A stretch of 63,852 nucleotides of DNA, counting the filler, from Squatina squatina (lineage: Eukaryota): assembly GCA_031763465.1 (NCBI GenBank). It is 3 parts of 3 records of this genome, joined end to end, with 100 filler letters (N's around TTAATTAATTAA, not from the genome) between each part and the next. Parts side by side here need not be neighbours in the genome. Positions count along the whole stretch, not along the records: positions 34,570 to 63,852 come from JARFOE010000058.1; 2 more parts are not named here. One strand, 5' to 3'. The notes under the pieces were generated by a model. It did no database searches. It worked only from the letters and a program-made list of their open reading frames with translations, and was not told the DNA's origin. This document shows positions 49,596 to 62,002 of the stretch, piece by piece. The translations under genes and the position numbers were made by a program. How positions within the stretch are numbered: position 1 is the stretch's first letter; every line of letters begins with the position of its first letter.

Positions 49596-51222
49596 GTTTG
49601 TTCACTAAACAATCCAATGTTATGTCTGTTCTTGTATGTGTTCCCCTGGTGTGCTGTGTCCTGGGGTGAGGGGAGGAGGAGGGGGAAAAGCCTGTGCAAG
49701 TAGTGCAGACTTGCGCACGGTGAGCTTTAATCATCCCCTTTGCCTGCCTGTCATGCCTACTAGCTCCAAGGACTACCCTGGGGTCGATGCTTTGCCAGAA
49801 TCGCATGTGAGACACCGTTTCCGATCCGCTGCTTTGGATGGAGGAAAGGGGGAGGGAGAAGGAATGTTTTATTCGCGACTCACTCCATATCACTGCCTTA
49901 CCTGGCTGTTTTGAAAGCTGCTTGCTGTTACAACCACTCCCCTCCCCAGTATGTCCCCTTAAAGTTATTCACTTGGCTAAGAGAATGGCACTGTATCCTA
50001 GCGGTCTCTCTTTTATAAATGCTTCTGCACATTTGCTCGTACAGACTTCATGCTGTTTGTATTCCATTGGCAGAGAAGCAAACTTAATATGGGAACTGTA
50101 TGCAATGCATGTGAAGTTGCTTCTTAAAGGAGCACCCTGCATGCAGGTGTACGTCATATGCCAAGAAACTGTTGCAATTTAATTTTAGTGATTGCAGTTT
50201 TCTTCACAGTTCCGAGCACAGACACATCTCATGACTGAAACATCAATTACAGAGAGTGCACAAATGTGCAGGTTTTTTTTTATCCCCACGGATGATTTTT
50301 NNNNNNNNNNNNNNNNNNNNNNNNNNNNNNNNNNNNNNNNNNNNNNNNNNNNNNNNNNNNNNNNNNNNNNNNNNNNNNNNNNNNNNNNNNNNNNNNNNNN
50401 CTTGTAATTCGATGCTAACCCTTGCGAGAGTGATAAAGCTCGATGTTTGTTGATTTTACCAGAAATAGTCATCTTTTACTGAACAAGCTGTCTGTTCCGC
50501 TCCTTGGCAGGTTCAGTCAACAACTCGAAATGCTGATTGCTCCCCGGGGGCAGAAGGTTCCAGTTCTTCACACATGCTGTGGCTTTGAGATCTGCGTCTG
50601 CACTGTAATCCCTGAGGGTTATTGCCTTGTTGAATGGGACTCAAGAGATTATTAATGTGGCGTTCTGGGGGAAGGGAATGGCTTCTAGCTGCGCAGAACA
50701 AGTATAATCTAAGCATTACAGATGCAATTTGAATCATTCTCTGTAGGGTTTATTTTGAAATTGGGATTGAGGCAACACGTATCCCAAGACAGATATAAAT
50801 ACTGCAACAAGCAGTTTGCAAAATCAAATTTCATAAAAATCTCAATATTTCAGCTAACAGCAAATGAGAATCTTTCAGTGGCAGAACTCTACACTGGGGT
50901 ATTTTATATGATTGACGAATCCTATCACTCAGATGGTGCGAATGCATTCAGTATTATATATTCCTTTGTGGAACTGCTGACATATTCCAAGGCAATCATA
51001 AAGGGGCAGTTTCCTATAGAGGAAGGATGTGAGGATACCGTAAAACATTGCATGTATCAGAAGGTCATGGCTTCAAGTCCCACTTCAGAGACTTGGGCAT
51101 GTAGTCTAGGCTGACACTCCAGNNNNNNNNNNNNNNNNNNNNNNNNNNNNNNNNNNNNNNNNNNNNNNNNNNNNNNNNNNNNNNNNNNNNNNNNNNNNNN
51201 NNNNNNNNNNNNNNNNNNNNNN

Positions 51223-51610
51223 AAACTGACCCCTGGGGAACACCACTGTTTACTTTCCTCCAGTCTGAAAAGCAACAGTTCACCACCACTCTCTGTTTCC
51301 GGTCACTGAGCCAATTTCGTATCCATGCAACCACTGTCCCTTTTATTCCATGGGCTTCAATTTTCTGGCAAGCCTATTATGTGACACTTTGTTGAACACC
51401 ATGGAAATCCATGTACACTACATCAACTTCATTACCCTCATCAACCCTCTCTGCGACCTCATCAAAAGTTGGTTAAACACGATTTGCCTTTTACAAATCT
51501 GTGCTGGCTTTCCTTAATTAATTGGGCTTTCCTTAATTAATCCAGCCCAATTCCAAGTGACTTAATTCTGTCCCCGATTATTGTTTCTAAAAGCTTCCCC
51601 CCAGAGGTTA
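51223..51610 (-). mobile_element. CR1 LINE RT fragment
   Basis: WIRNWLSDRKQRVVVN..SGVPQGSV motif. Confidence 0.88.
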
Positions 51611-51619
51611 AAATAAAAT

Positions 51620-51830
51620 CATGAGCAACATCGACCTTCCCATTCATGAAGACTTGAAAAACCCACCATAAATCGCTTAAAATCCACTGGCCATTTTGGG
51701 AAACAGCAGCCAATATTCATGCAGCTGGTATTGACCCACTATCCAGATGAACGGAATCATGGGATGCATGCAACATAAAGAACCAACACCTCATCACTGA
51801 CCCAACAGCAGAGGCTTCGATCTCCCTCAT
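51620..51830 (+). mobile_element. Degenerate Ingi/Vingi-like LINE fragment
   Basis: LPIHEDLKNPP..RLKS..PFW and HLITDPT..GFDLP motifs across frameshifts (recalled family motifs). Confidence 0.45.
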
Positions 51831-53097
51831 TAAAAAAAATATATCCAATAATAATTAGAAACCAAAGGATGAGACTCCAAACTTGAAAAATTAAATTTTC
51901 AGGGCCAGAGATGTTGTTTGTCAGTAATTAAGACTTATCACACCATTAAAAATTCACTTACACTTGACTGGACAAGCCTCAACTTTTTCTGGTGTGTTTC
52001 ATGGAGATCTAGTGGGTAAGTACAGTAACTTCACAGCGTTGCAGGTATTTGAATGCCGAATCACTCAGCACGGTACCAGTGTAGTGAAGCTTGTGGAGGA
52101 GCAGGGTAAATTGGACAGCAACTTCCTGATTTCCGCTTTTAACTGCGCGTGTGCAGTTGCTCCCCGATTTACTCTTCAATAACAGTAAGCGCTGATAGCC
52201 TTGCCGTTATTCGTATTGCAAAATCTAGGCCCTTATGTTTAGATAATGGGCGCTTGAAGTCTTGACTGACTTTAAGAAAAGGAAAATGTCAAACCCAAAG
52301 GATGAGAAATAACCCTTCTATGGGAAATGGGAGCATTGTGAGGCATAAAAATCCTTCTGTGACATCCATCACAGAAGAACTTTGGAAACCCACCATATTT
52401 TTCACCCTAGTAATTGTAACGGCACACAACGCCACGAGGAAACAGAAACTGAGATGTAATCAGGATCATGAACAAGTCGTCTTNNNNNNNNNNNNNNNNN
52501 NNNNNNNNNNNNNNNNNNNNNNNNNNNNNNNNNNNNNNNNNNNNNNNNNNNNNNNNNNNNNNNNNNNNNNNNNNNNNNNNNNNAGTGCTGGTGAATGTGT
52601 GCCTGCAAGGTATGTTCCTTCTGGGAATAGGATGTATTCTGTTAACATACTACCCATTATAAGAGAGAACCAGGTACATACTCACAAATCAAAAACCATC
52701 TCGGAGCACCTTTTGTTAAATATAATGCAGCATTTTCCTTAAACCCACACATAATTTTTAAAGAGGCATCCCGATTCCAGTTGTCCCTGTCCCCTCCCCA
52801 CAAAAGAGCTCCCTGTTCACACAGTCAGTATTTTCCTCACAGTGTCAGGTGGATGAACCTGTCAGAAGATTAACATTGTGTAACTGTTTTTGGAATCTTG
52901 CCTAGGATTATGAAATTTAAGGTAGAGAGTGTAAAGCTTTCATAGCAGTGAGTGGATGGATCTGCCCCTGATGCCATTTTGTTAACACTTCAGAGATTCT
53001 AGACTTCGAATTGATGAGAGTCGGCACCCTTGTAATGATCAGCAAACTGTTCCCCATGTCTGCACCCATCTGACAGAGATTTTAACTTCTATTTCAG

Positions 53098-53208
53098 AGC
53101 CTCAGCTTAAAGGCATCGTAACAAAGTTATACAGCAGACAAGGCTACCACTTGCAGTTACAGCCAGATGGCGTTATCGATGGAACAAAGGAGGAGGGCAG
53201 CAGTTACA
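53098..53208 (+). CDS. FGF13: FGF13 exon 2
   Basis: (E)[36 protein letters not shown]; 111 nt, AG/GT bounded. Confidence 0.95.
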
Positions 53209-54285
53209 GTAAGTGACACAAATATTGCTCTTGGTACTTCAGCTCCATTCTGAAAGATGTGCATGTGGTGCTGCCATCATAAAGCAATGGAATGTGATTG
53301 GTCTGTATCAATAGTCTGGTGGTTGGATTTTATATTTCTGATTATGATGTTATCACAGCATGTGATACATTTTGAAACACACCGCAGTGTGATAACATTT
53401 TTTACTTAGGAGTTATCAAAAGACCTGTTGTATAAATCACTACTACAGAACAGTGCACTCTTAATTGCTGTCATTTGGGAATGGATAGGTAATTGTACTG
53501 TAATTATTTCACACTGATACAGTATGCTAAGAATCACTTGAATCTGATCCGCCAGATTAAATCCAGAATTAATTTACTAGTTTAATTCTGGGCATGATTT
53601 TGTTTTAAATTGAAAAGCCAAGGTGTGAAGAGACACCACCCAGAGTGCAGGACACCAAGGTTGAAAAGAGTGAAAGGTAATGGGATAAAGCAAAAAGCAG
53701 TGGCACCAAGCTTATGTTTTCAGAGCCTGAAATGAATAGTGAAACCCACAGTAAAACCTGCCCAATTTTCCTTTATTTAATTTAATGGAAGGAAAACCTG
53801 GAGGGTTCTGTTAGCGACNNNNNNNNNNNNNNNNNNNNNNNNNNNNNNNNNNNNNNNNNNNNNNNNNNNNNNNNNNNNNNNNNNNNNNNNNNNNNNNNNN
53901 NNNNNNNNNNNNNNNNNNAAAAGACCCGTTTAGCCCTACTCTTTTTTCCTGTCCAAATCACACTGGAGCTTTTCTGCATCCTCCTCACAGCTCACAGTCC
54001 CTCACAGCTCACAGTCCCACCCAGCTTTGTGTTGTCTGCATAAAGTGCATCTTGGAATCTAACGTTTAAAGGGTGATTTCACGGTCCGGCATTAACAAGT
54101 TGGATTGGATCTTGCGGACCCACAGGCTGTGTATCCAAGAGCTGCAGAGGAGTACTCCTTCCGAACCTCACTGGCAGTGCGGGATGGCAGGAGCATTTTA
54201 TGCGGCACTTTTCACTCTTCTAGTTTTTGCCTGCTGATCAGTTTTGAGTCTTCTATTTTTCTTGTGCCACCATGACTGTGTTTAA

Positions 54286-54480
<195 letters not shown>

Positions 54481-54741
54481 TGACATGTTGTCCTTTCAGC
54501 GTAGGACGTGTCAACTCATCCTGAGAGCATGTTGTTGAATGTGCTTGCTGGACACGGTGGTGTATTGTGATAGGAGAAGGCTTGTGGTTGGAGCTTGCTT
54601 ACTGATAGGTTGATATTTGTGACTATCCCAGTTTAGAATGGAAAACATTATTTTAAAAAAATCTACATATTAAATTGACACCATTGGTTTGCTGATGCTT
54701 ACAAATCGTTGCTGCCATTTTGATACCTGCCTAAAAAGAAT

Positions 54742-54922
54742 AAAGACTTGCATTTATATAGAGCCTTTCACAACCTCAGGACATCCTGAAGCGTTTTGCA
54801 GCCAATTAAGTATTTTTGGAGTGCAGCCAATTTGCACACAGCAAGCTCCCACAAACAGCAATGTGATAATGGCTAGATCTTTTCTGTTTAGTGATGTCGA
54901 TTGAGGGATAAATATTGGCCCC
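54742..54922 (-). mobile_element. DeuSINE 3' part
   Basis: Reverse complement of the SINE tail; similar fragments at 37362-37555 (-), 21650-21890 (-) and 58079-58285 (+). Confidence 0.75.
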
Positions 54923-55225
54923 NNNNNNNNNNNNNNNNNNNNNNNNNNNNNNNNNNNNNNNNNNNNNNNNNNNNNNNNNNNNNNNNNNNNNNNNNNNNNN
55001 NNNNNNNNNNNNNNNNNNNNNNGCTAATTTGTGCACAGCAAGCTCCCACAAACAGCAATCAGGCAATGACCCATTAAGCTGTCTGGAAGGATTCGATTGA
55101 GGGATAAAGGTACCAGAGTCATGACACGACTGTTCCCATGTAGACCTTTGACTTGCATGAGAATGTGCTGTTGAAGCGTAACAAATTAAATATTATTTAA
55201 TTGTGTCTTTTTTTTATGTAAACAG

Positions 55226-55424
55226 GAACACTTCACACCCGAATGCAGGTTCAAGGAATCAGTATTTGAAAACTACTATGTGACCTACTCGTCCATGTTG
55301 TACAGACAGCAGCAGTCTGGCAGGGGTTGGTATTTGGGACTTAACAAGGAGGGAGAAATCATGAAAGGAAATCACGTGAAGAAGAACAAGCCAGCTGCAC
55401 ACTTCCTCCCCAAACCATTAGAAG
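55226..55424 (+). CDS. FGF13: FGF13 exon 4 (last coding exon not found)
   Basis: [66 protein letters not shown]; FGF13-diagnostic residues ([16 protein letters not shown]). Confidence 0.95.
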
Positions 55425-58400
55425 GTAATATCGCAAAATTTGTTTCTTGCTTGTACTTCAACTGCCAACATCTGGAGTGCAGAGAAGGCAGTTCACCAGA
55501 GGTCATTGTTCATCCTTAAACTGGCTGACGCCTGTTGAGAAGTGGGGTTGAATGTTACAGCGATACCACACAGCTCAGAGGGGATTCAAGCCAGGAAATG
55601 GGGACAGTGAAGACTCACGAGAACAATACCAGGAATAACCTCAAAATTAGAGCCAGCACTTACAGGAATGAAATTAGGAAACACTCTATTCACACAGGGT
55701 GGTANNNNNNNNNNNNNNNNNNNNNNNNNNNNNNNNNNNNNNNNNNNNNNNNNNNNNNNNNNNNNNNNNNNNNNNNNNNNNNNNNNNNNNNNNNNNNNNN
55801 NNNNTTTGCTCTTAGTGAAGGAATGTAGATACCTTTGGGTTTTACTAAAGGAATGAGGAACACACACACAGTAATCGCATCACCTTCTTGGCTCAGTGCT
55901 GGTCAGTCCCACTTGATACACTAGTGTCCAGTTTATTTTCTTTCTTCCAATGGTCATGTTTTGCTAGACTGCAGTTCTACCATTTTTTTTAATACTCCAG
56001 TGAAATGGATACGATCTCTTTCGGAAACTAATCAGGGTTGCTAAAACGGAAACAAACAAACAAATAAATGAACAGGAATTAAGTTGGTGTCTCTCAGGCT
56101 AAGTCTACAGTGGTTAAAAGTTTAACTTTAAGCAATCTTAAGGAAAAGGGTTTATAGATTTGTAGTGACAGTAATCTTATAGTGCAACGCCTAGAATACG
56201 GAAATCAACCAGTTAGCAAGCTGCACCCTCGTGAATCCGTCTCACCTTATGCATTTGCACATTGACTTTATTGTGGTGACTTTTATTCTTGATTGCATCA
56301 TGTTCTGTGACAGAGGGAAGCTAAGGTTTGAGACTGTTGGTGAATGGGGGATTGGGGTTGCATTCACTGGTATTGCACTCGGATGAGTATTTCATGGGCA
56401 CCCCAGCTGGAAAGGGGCTGTCTGGGTTGCCTCCTCCCTTCCTCTTCCTNNNNNNNNNNGCTCTGTTCCTGTACTGGGCATGGTGGGAATTGTTGTGAAT
56501 AAAGTTCTCTTTGAGCTGCTTACCCTGAGCTCATCCTAGTACACAGAGCTTGTTATTATATCGATTAGTTTAGGGTTTTATTTTGATTAATCTGTTGCAT
56601 GGGAGAAAGCTGGTAATCATGGAATAGAGTTGCATGACTTAGGATCTCTGTCTTGAACATGTTGGATAATGTTGCTCCAAATGTTACATGGGTTAGAAAG
56701 TACAAGTGGTTTTTCTGCTTCTGTACAGTTCAGTTGTTTATTATTTGTTGTATACACCAACAGATGCACTGAATAAAATATTTATANNNNNNNNNNNNNN
56801 NNNNNNNNNNNNNNNNNNNNNNNNNNNNNNNNNNNNNNNNNNNNNNNNNNNNNNNNNNNNNNNNNNNNNNNNNNNNNNNNNNNNNNAAAATCTATCAATC
56901 TCAGTTTTGACATTTTCAATTGACCCCCAGCCTCAAGAACTTTTTGGGGGGAGAAAGTTCCAGATTTCCACTCTCCTCTGTGCTTCCTGACATCACCCCT
57001 GAACCGCGCCTCGCTCTAATTTTAAAGTTATGACCCCATCTAGATGGCATTGAGGTGCAGATCAGCCGTGATCGAATCGAATGGCAGAGCAGGCTCAAGG
57101 TGGCTGAGTGGCCTCCTCCTGTTCCTGTGGATGCTGCGATGGGAGAACTGTAGGGTTGTTCTGAAAGGAGGAAAGTAGAATGGATCCAAGTGTCTCCCAC
57201 TGCCACATCAGTCTGTCTGTCCAGCTATATTTACCTGCCTCTAACTCCACCATTCTATCTGAGACAGCTATCCTGCAGGGACAGAAACTGTCCCCCCTCT
57301 CCCAACCAACAATCAGATAAAATATAACATGGCGGTGAGAATTGCACGGTCCTTGATTGGAGGAAACAGCTGAAGTATTCGCTCTGTGATACGCCCCTGG
57401 GGTCAAATGGCTTTATAGTTGACTCATTGCTCAAGTACCATTTGCAATTTGAATAATTGATACTTTAGTTATGTTTCAATGGAATAAATATAATTGGATC
57501 TGTCACCAGTCATTTAATCCAATCAAGGTTGACCTTTGAGTCTGGCTCACTCCCAGCTTAATTTGTTTGTTTAAACAGAGTTTAAGTGTACTGACCTTTC
57601 AACCAGATCCTGTGGGAGGGTGATCGATGCACTCTTTAANNNNNNNNNNGTTCAACTGATCAATGGAACTTATATACTTAATGGGGCTCCATATACTGCT
57701 TTATATTTGAGCATTTCTCCTGAATTGAATCAACAAAAACTTGCATTTCTATAGCGCCTTTGAAGTAGTGCATCATCCCACGTCAGTTCACAGTTAATCA
57801 CACAAAATTTTGACATGAATCCAGCGAGCATTCCACTGGAGTGAACCTTGTAATGTAACAGTTCCCTCAGTCATAAAAGTCACCCCATTGACTGGTGGTT
57901 CTTGTTGATGGATGATACTACCATTCCGGCAGCCTCATCGGGTGACTTGTGGCTCAGGTTTTCCAATTCACCTTCTGGNNNNNNNNNNNNNNNNNNNNNN
58001 NNNNNNNNNNNNNNNNNNNNNNNNNNNNNNNNNNNNNNNNNNNNNNNNNNNNNNNNNNNNNNNNNNNNNNNNNNNNNNTTTATCCCTCAATCAATATAAC
58101 AAAAACAGATTATCTGGTCATTATCACATTGCTGTTTGTGGGAGCTTGCTGTGCGTAAATTGGCTGCTGTTTCCTACATTACAACACTGATTACACTTAA
58201 AAAAAAAGTTCTTCATTGGCTGTAAAGCACTTCTGGACATCCAATGGTTGTGAAAGGCGTTATATAAATGCAAGTCTGTCTTTTTTCTTTTTTGTGTTCA
58301 ATAGCTAAAAATGTTCTCCAAAACATCACCCAAGTTTGAGGACAAGATCTACAACTGGACTGCTGGATTCAAGTGCATGTTCTAATAACATTAGGTGGCT

Positions 58401-58870
58401 CCAATTAGTTCATATTGCAAAGTTACTGAAGAGTACTTACCTAAAAGTTAATTCAGGAACTGAACATTTCACTCCATTGCGGAACGGCTGTGTAAGAGAG
58501 ATTGTCTGACTGGCTTGATCCACGGCAGAGATTTTTCCCTGATACACTCCAAGTGTTTCTCCACAGTTAATGGAAACGAGGCTCCCAATCCAGTTTACAG
58601 CCATCCTCTACAGCAGAACTAAAAAAAAGTCAAGGAGACAAAGATGCAGAATGAAACACACATTTCCGTTAAGTTTTGAAGTTGATCAAACGATTAGCAG
58701 CACTATCAGAAGGCACTGTAGTTAGCAATCACATTACAAGGACCGGCGCTATAGCAAGTGCTAGTCTTGGCAGTGACATTCTGATCTACTGTATTATCCA
58801 TTCTGTTTTTTCTTCTTGATGGTGCATTTTGAAAGTTTATCATAAGTAAACATTTGTGATGTGAAGCATA

Positions 58871-59063
58871 AACAGAAAATGATGGAAATACTCAGATCAG
58901 GCAGCATCTGCAGAAAGAGAAAGAGTGTTAAAGTTTTGGGTCAATGACCCTTCGTCAGAACTGGTTGTTAACTCTCCACAGATGCTGCCTGACCTGCTGA
59001 GTATTTCCAACATTTTCTGTTTTTATTTCAGATTTCCAGCATCCGCAGTATTTTGCTTTTGTA
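58871..59063. mobile_element. Penelope-like inverted-repeat remnant with target-site duplication
   Basis: Arms about 58870-58920 and 58973-59022 are reverse complements; flanked by TGATGTGAAGCATA (58857-58870) and TGATGTGAAGTATA (59064-59077). Confidence 0.65.
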
Positions 59064-61252
59064 TGATGTGAAGTATATCGTGGCATTAAACTGTGCAGCA
59101 CAGTATCAACTTTTAGTTAATATACCTGTTAAAACATACCTTTTCAAAACAGTTGTTCTATTGGAAATTATGCTTCACTGACCAAAAAAAACTTGTGTTC
59201 TCAACGGGTCAGTAAGTTTATACAATGATTAGCTAAACTGTGTAGACCAAGAAATGTTCAACTTTGACCTGCGATCTATGCTGCATAAGCTGTTCTTAAC
59301 TGGGAACAGGAGCAGGGACTACAGTTTGCTTCACTCCCTTCACCTTACTGTAGGGCAAATCTTTCACGTTTCTCATTTCATACTTGCTTTAAGCTTCGTT
59401 TAAATTTGTGCCAAATGAAAGGCACTAGAATGTTTTTTTTTAATTTAAAAACCATGTTCAACTCTTGAAGGCAAAACACGACTTCTTTTTGAAGCCGGAT
59501 GCCTTTCTCTTTAAAGGAAAGAGATTTGGGATTATTTTTCCTTCTTACACTTTCTGCCATTGGTAAACTCTCCCGCAGAATCGTGCCTATGATTGTGGCA
59601 GACAGCTCTGGGGTTTGTTGCACCGATATCATTTAGTCCGAAGCAAGGTTGGCCAAAAACTGCCTCACATTTTCACTTCTTTTATGTATAATGCAAGCCT
59701 GCTGCTAAAAATACTGAGCAGTATAAAAATGCAGTACAAAGTATTCTTAGGTACTTATAAAGAAATTTTTATGATTTCTTTCAAACTTTGCCAATTCCAA
59801 TAATTGTGCAAATGGGCAACTGGAACACAAAAATGGAAATTAATAAGCAATGTGGTACAATATTTACAACATTAGATCTGCCTTGGGCGATACTATTAAA
59901 GCTTAAAGTCCTATTAGCAGATCTGCCTGGGTTTAGCGCTGCAAAGGATGTCATTGGTTTCAATTCTTTGAACTTCTGAAAACATGTCCCGCCATCTTCT
60001 ATTTCTGAGTACTGAAGCACTTGACACTTTGATGACCTCTTCAAAAGATTTGGTTAATGTTCTACTTTTGTCAGAAGGGAAGCGAAAGATTAAAGTTGCC
60101 TTTAAACAAAGAGAACATTGATTGTTTAATGGCTGGCAATGTGTTAGCTTGTATTTGTAAATAGGAGCATAGTAACAGGAGGAGGCCATTCAGCCCCTCG
60201 AGCCTGTTCCGCCCTTCTATTAGATCATGGTTGATCTGTATCTCATCTCCATCTACTCGCCTTGATTCCGTAACCCTTAATACGCTTGCCTAACAAAAGT
60301 ACTGCAAAAAAGAAAATGATAAATAGACTGAATATTACACACTTACAGTTTGAGGCAGGAGAAGACACTTGGCCCATCTATCCCCTCGATCCATTTCTAA
60401 TAACCCTGAATCCTACTTATTGTCAATAATCTGCCTAATTCCTTCTTGAAACTCATTAAGGTTTCCTGTTCCACCGCCCATGTCAATAATCTGTTCCACA
60501 CTGCCCATTTAGTAAAAAGGTTCTTCCTGCATTTCCTAGTCTTTTGTTGTGCTTAATTTGTAAATATGACCCCGAGTGCTTAAATTCTGTACATGGCAGT
60601 ACAGCTTACTTGGGTCAGATATATCCAATCCTTTCCAAATATTGGACGGTTTTGTCATGTTAAACATTAAATGGGAAAGACATTACATACAGCAAATTAT
60701 TCTCCATAATTTAGTTCTTCAGGCACCAGTGCAGGACATAGAATAAGCAAGATCATAGAGTCATAGAATGATGCAGCACAGAAGGAGGCCTTTCGGCCCA
60801 TTGTGCCTGTGCTAGCTCTGTGAAAGAGCGATCCTATTAATCGTACTGCCCCACTTCTCTTTCCCCATAGCCCTGCAAAAAATGTTCTTTTCTATTATTT
60901 TCAAGATGGAAAAGAGTAAAAATTACGTCAAATCAGGAAGAAATGTAGTGGAAGCTGGGTTTTCAAAGGCTGGTGGTTGTAGGGAAGAAAAGCTGAGGGA
61001 GGTGAAGGTTTCCCAGTTTTGAGCAGGATTGTGATGACTTTTGACTTCAGCACTGTGAAGTTTTAGAGAGGAGAAAGATTGTATTCCGAGATTAAAAGGA
61101 GCAATCGAGGAAAATTCAAAGCGGCATTGTTTAACTAAATGGGATAATTTATTCTTCAGTAATCTTCTGGAAATGGATCAATAATATTATGACAAGCCTC
61201 AAAGGCTTCCAAAGGAAGTCATGCATTAATATGGCACCTTATCACATTGCTC

Positions 61253-61712
61253 AGTGTTAGCTTGGCTCAGTGGGTAGCACCCTTGCCTCTCAGGTAGTAA
61301 GGCTTTGGGTTCAAATCCCACTCCAGAGACTTAAGTGCTCAAATTCAGGCTGACACTCCAATGCATGACTGGCGGAGTGCTGCACTGTGGGAGGTGCTGC
61401 TTTTCAGTTGAGATGTTAAACTGTATGCTCTCTCAGGTGGATTTTAAAAATCCCATGGTGCTGTTTTGAAGAAAAACAAGGGAGGCCTCCCCGGTGTCCT
61501 GGAAAATATTTATCGTTCAATCAAATCAATAACAAAAACAGATTATCTGCTCATTATCACATTGCCGTTTGTGGGAGCTTGCTGTGTGCATATTGGTTGC
61601 CGCATTTCCTACACAACAGTGACCACACTTCAAAAGTGCATAATTGACCGTAAAGCTCTTTGCGAGGTCCGGTGGTTGTGAAAGGTGCCATAGCAATGCA
61701 AGTTTTTCTTTT
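61253..61712 (+). mobile_element. Full-length DeuSINE (SacSINE1-like)
   Basis: About 460 nt: A-box-like TGGCTCAGTGG, B-box GGTTCAAATCC, conserved core and L2-type tail. Confidence 0.82.
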
Positions 61713-62002
61713 ACTCAGACACATCTCCAAGCCCTTCACAGATCACCCTCTCTGCATGGACAAACACAGCGGCCTTGTGCCACACAGCAAGATCCCAGAA
61801 ACAACAATGACATACATGGCCAGTTAATCTGATTTTGGTGGCTTTGGTTCGGGGATGAATGTTGGCCCAGGACTAGTGCCGTGGGATCTTTGAGAACCAC
61901 CTNNNNNNNNNNNNNNNNNNNNNNNNNNNNNNNNNNNNNNNNNNNNNNNNNNNNNNNNNNNNNNNNNNNNNNNNNNNNNNNNNNNNNNNNNNNNNNNNNN
62001 NN

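Noticed and set aside
61253-61330. tRNA gene
   Set aside because: The A and B boxes continue into the SINE core and tail; it is a SINE head.
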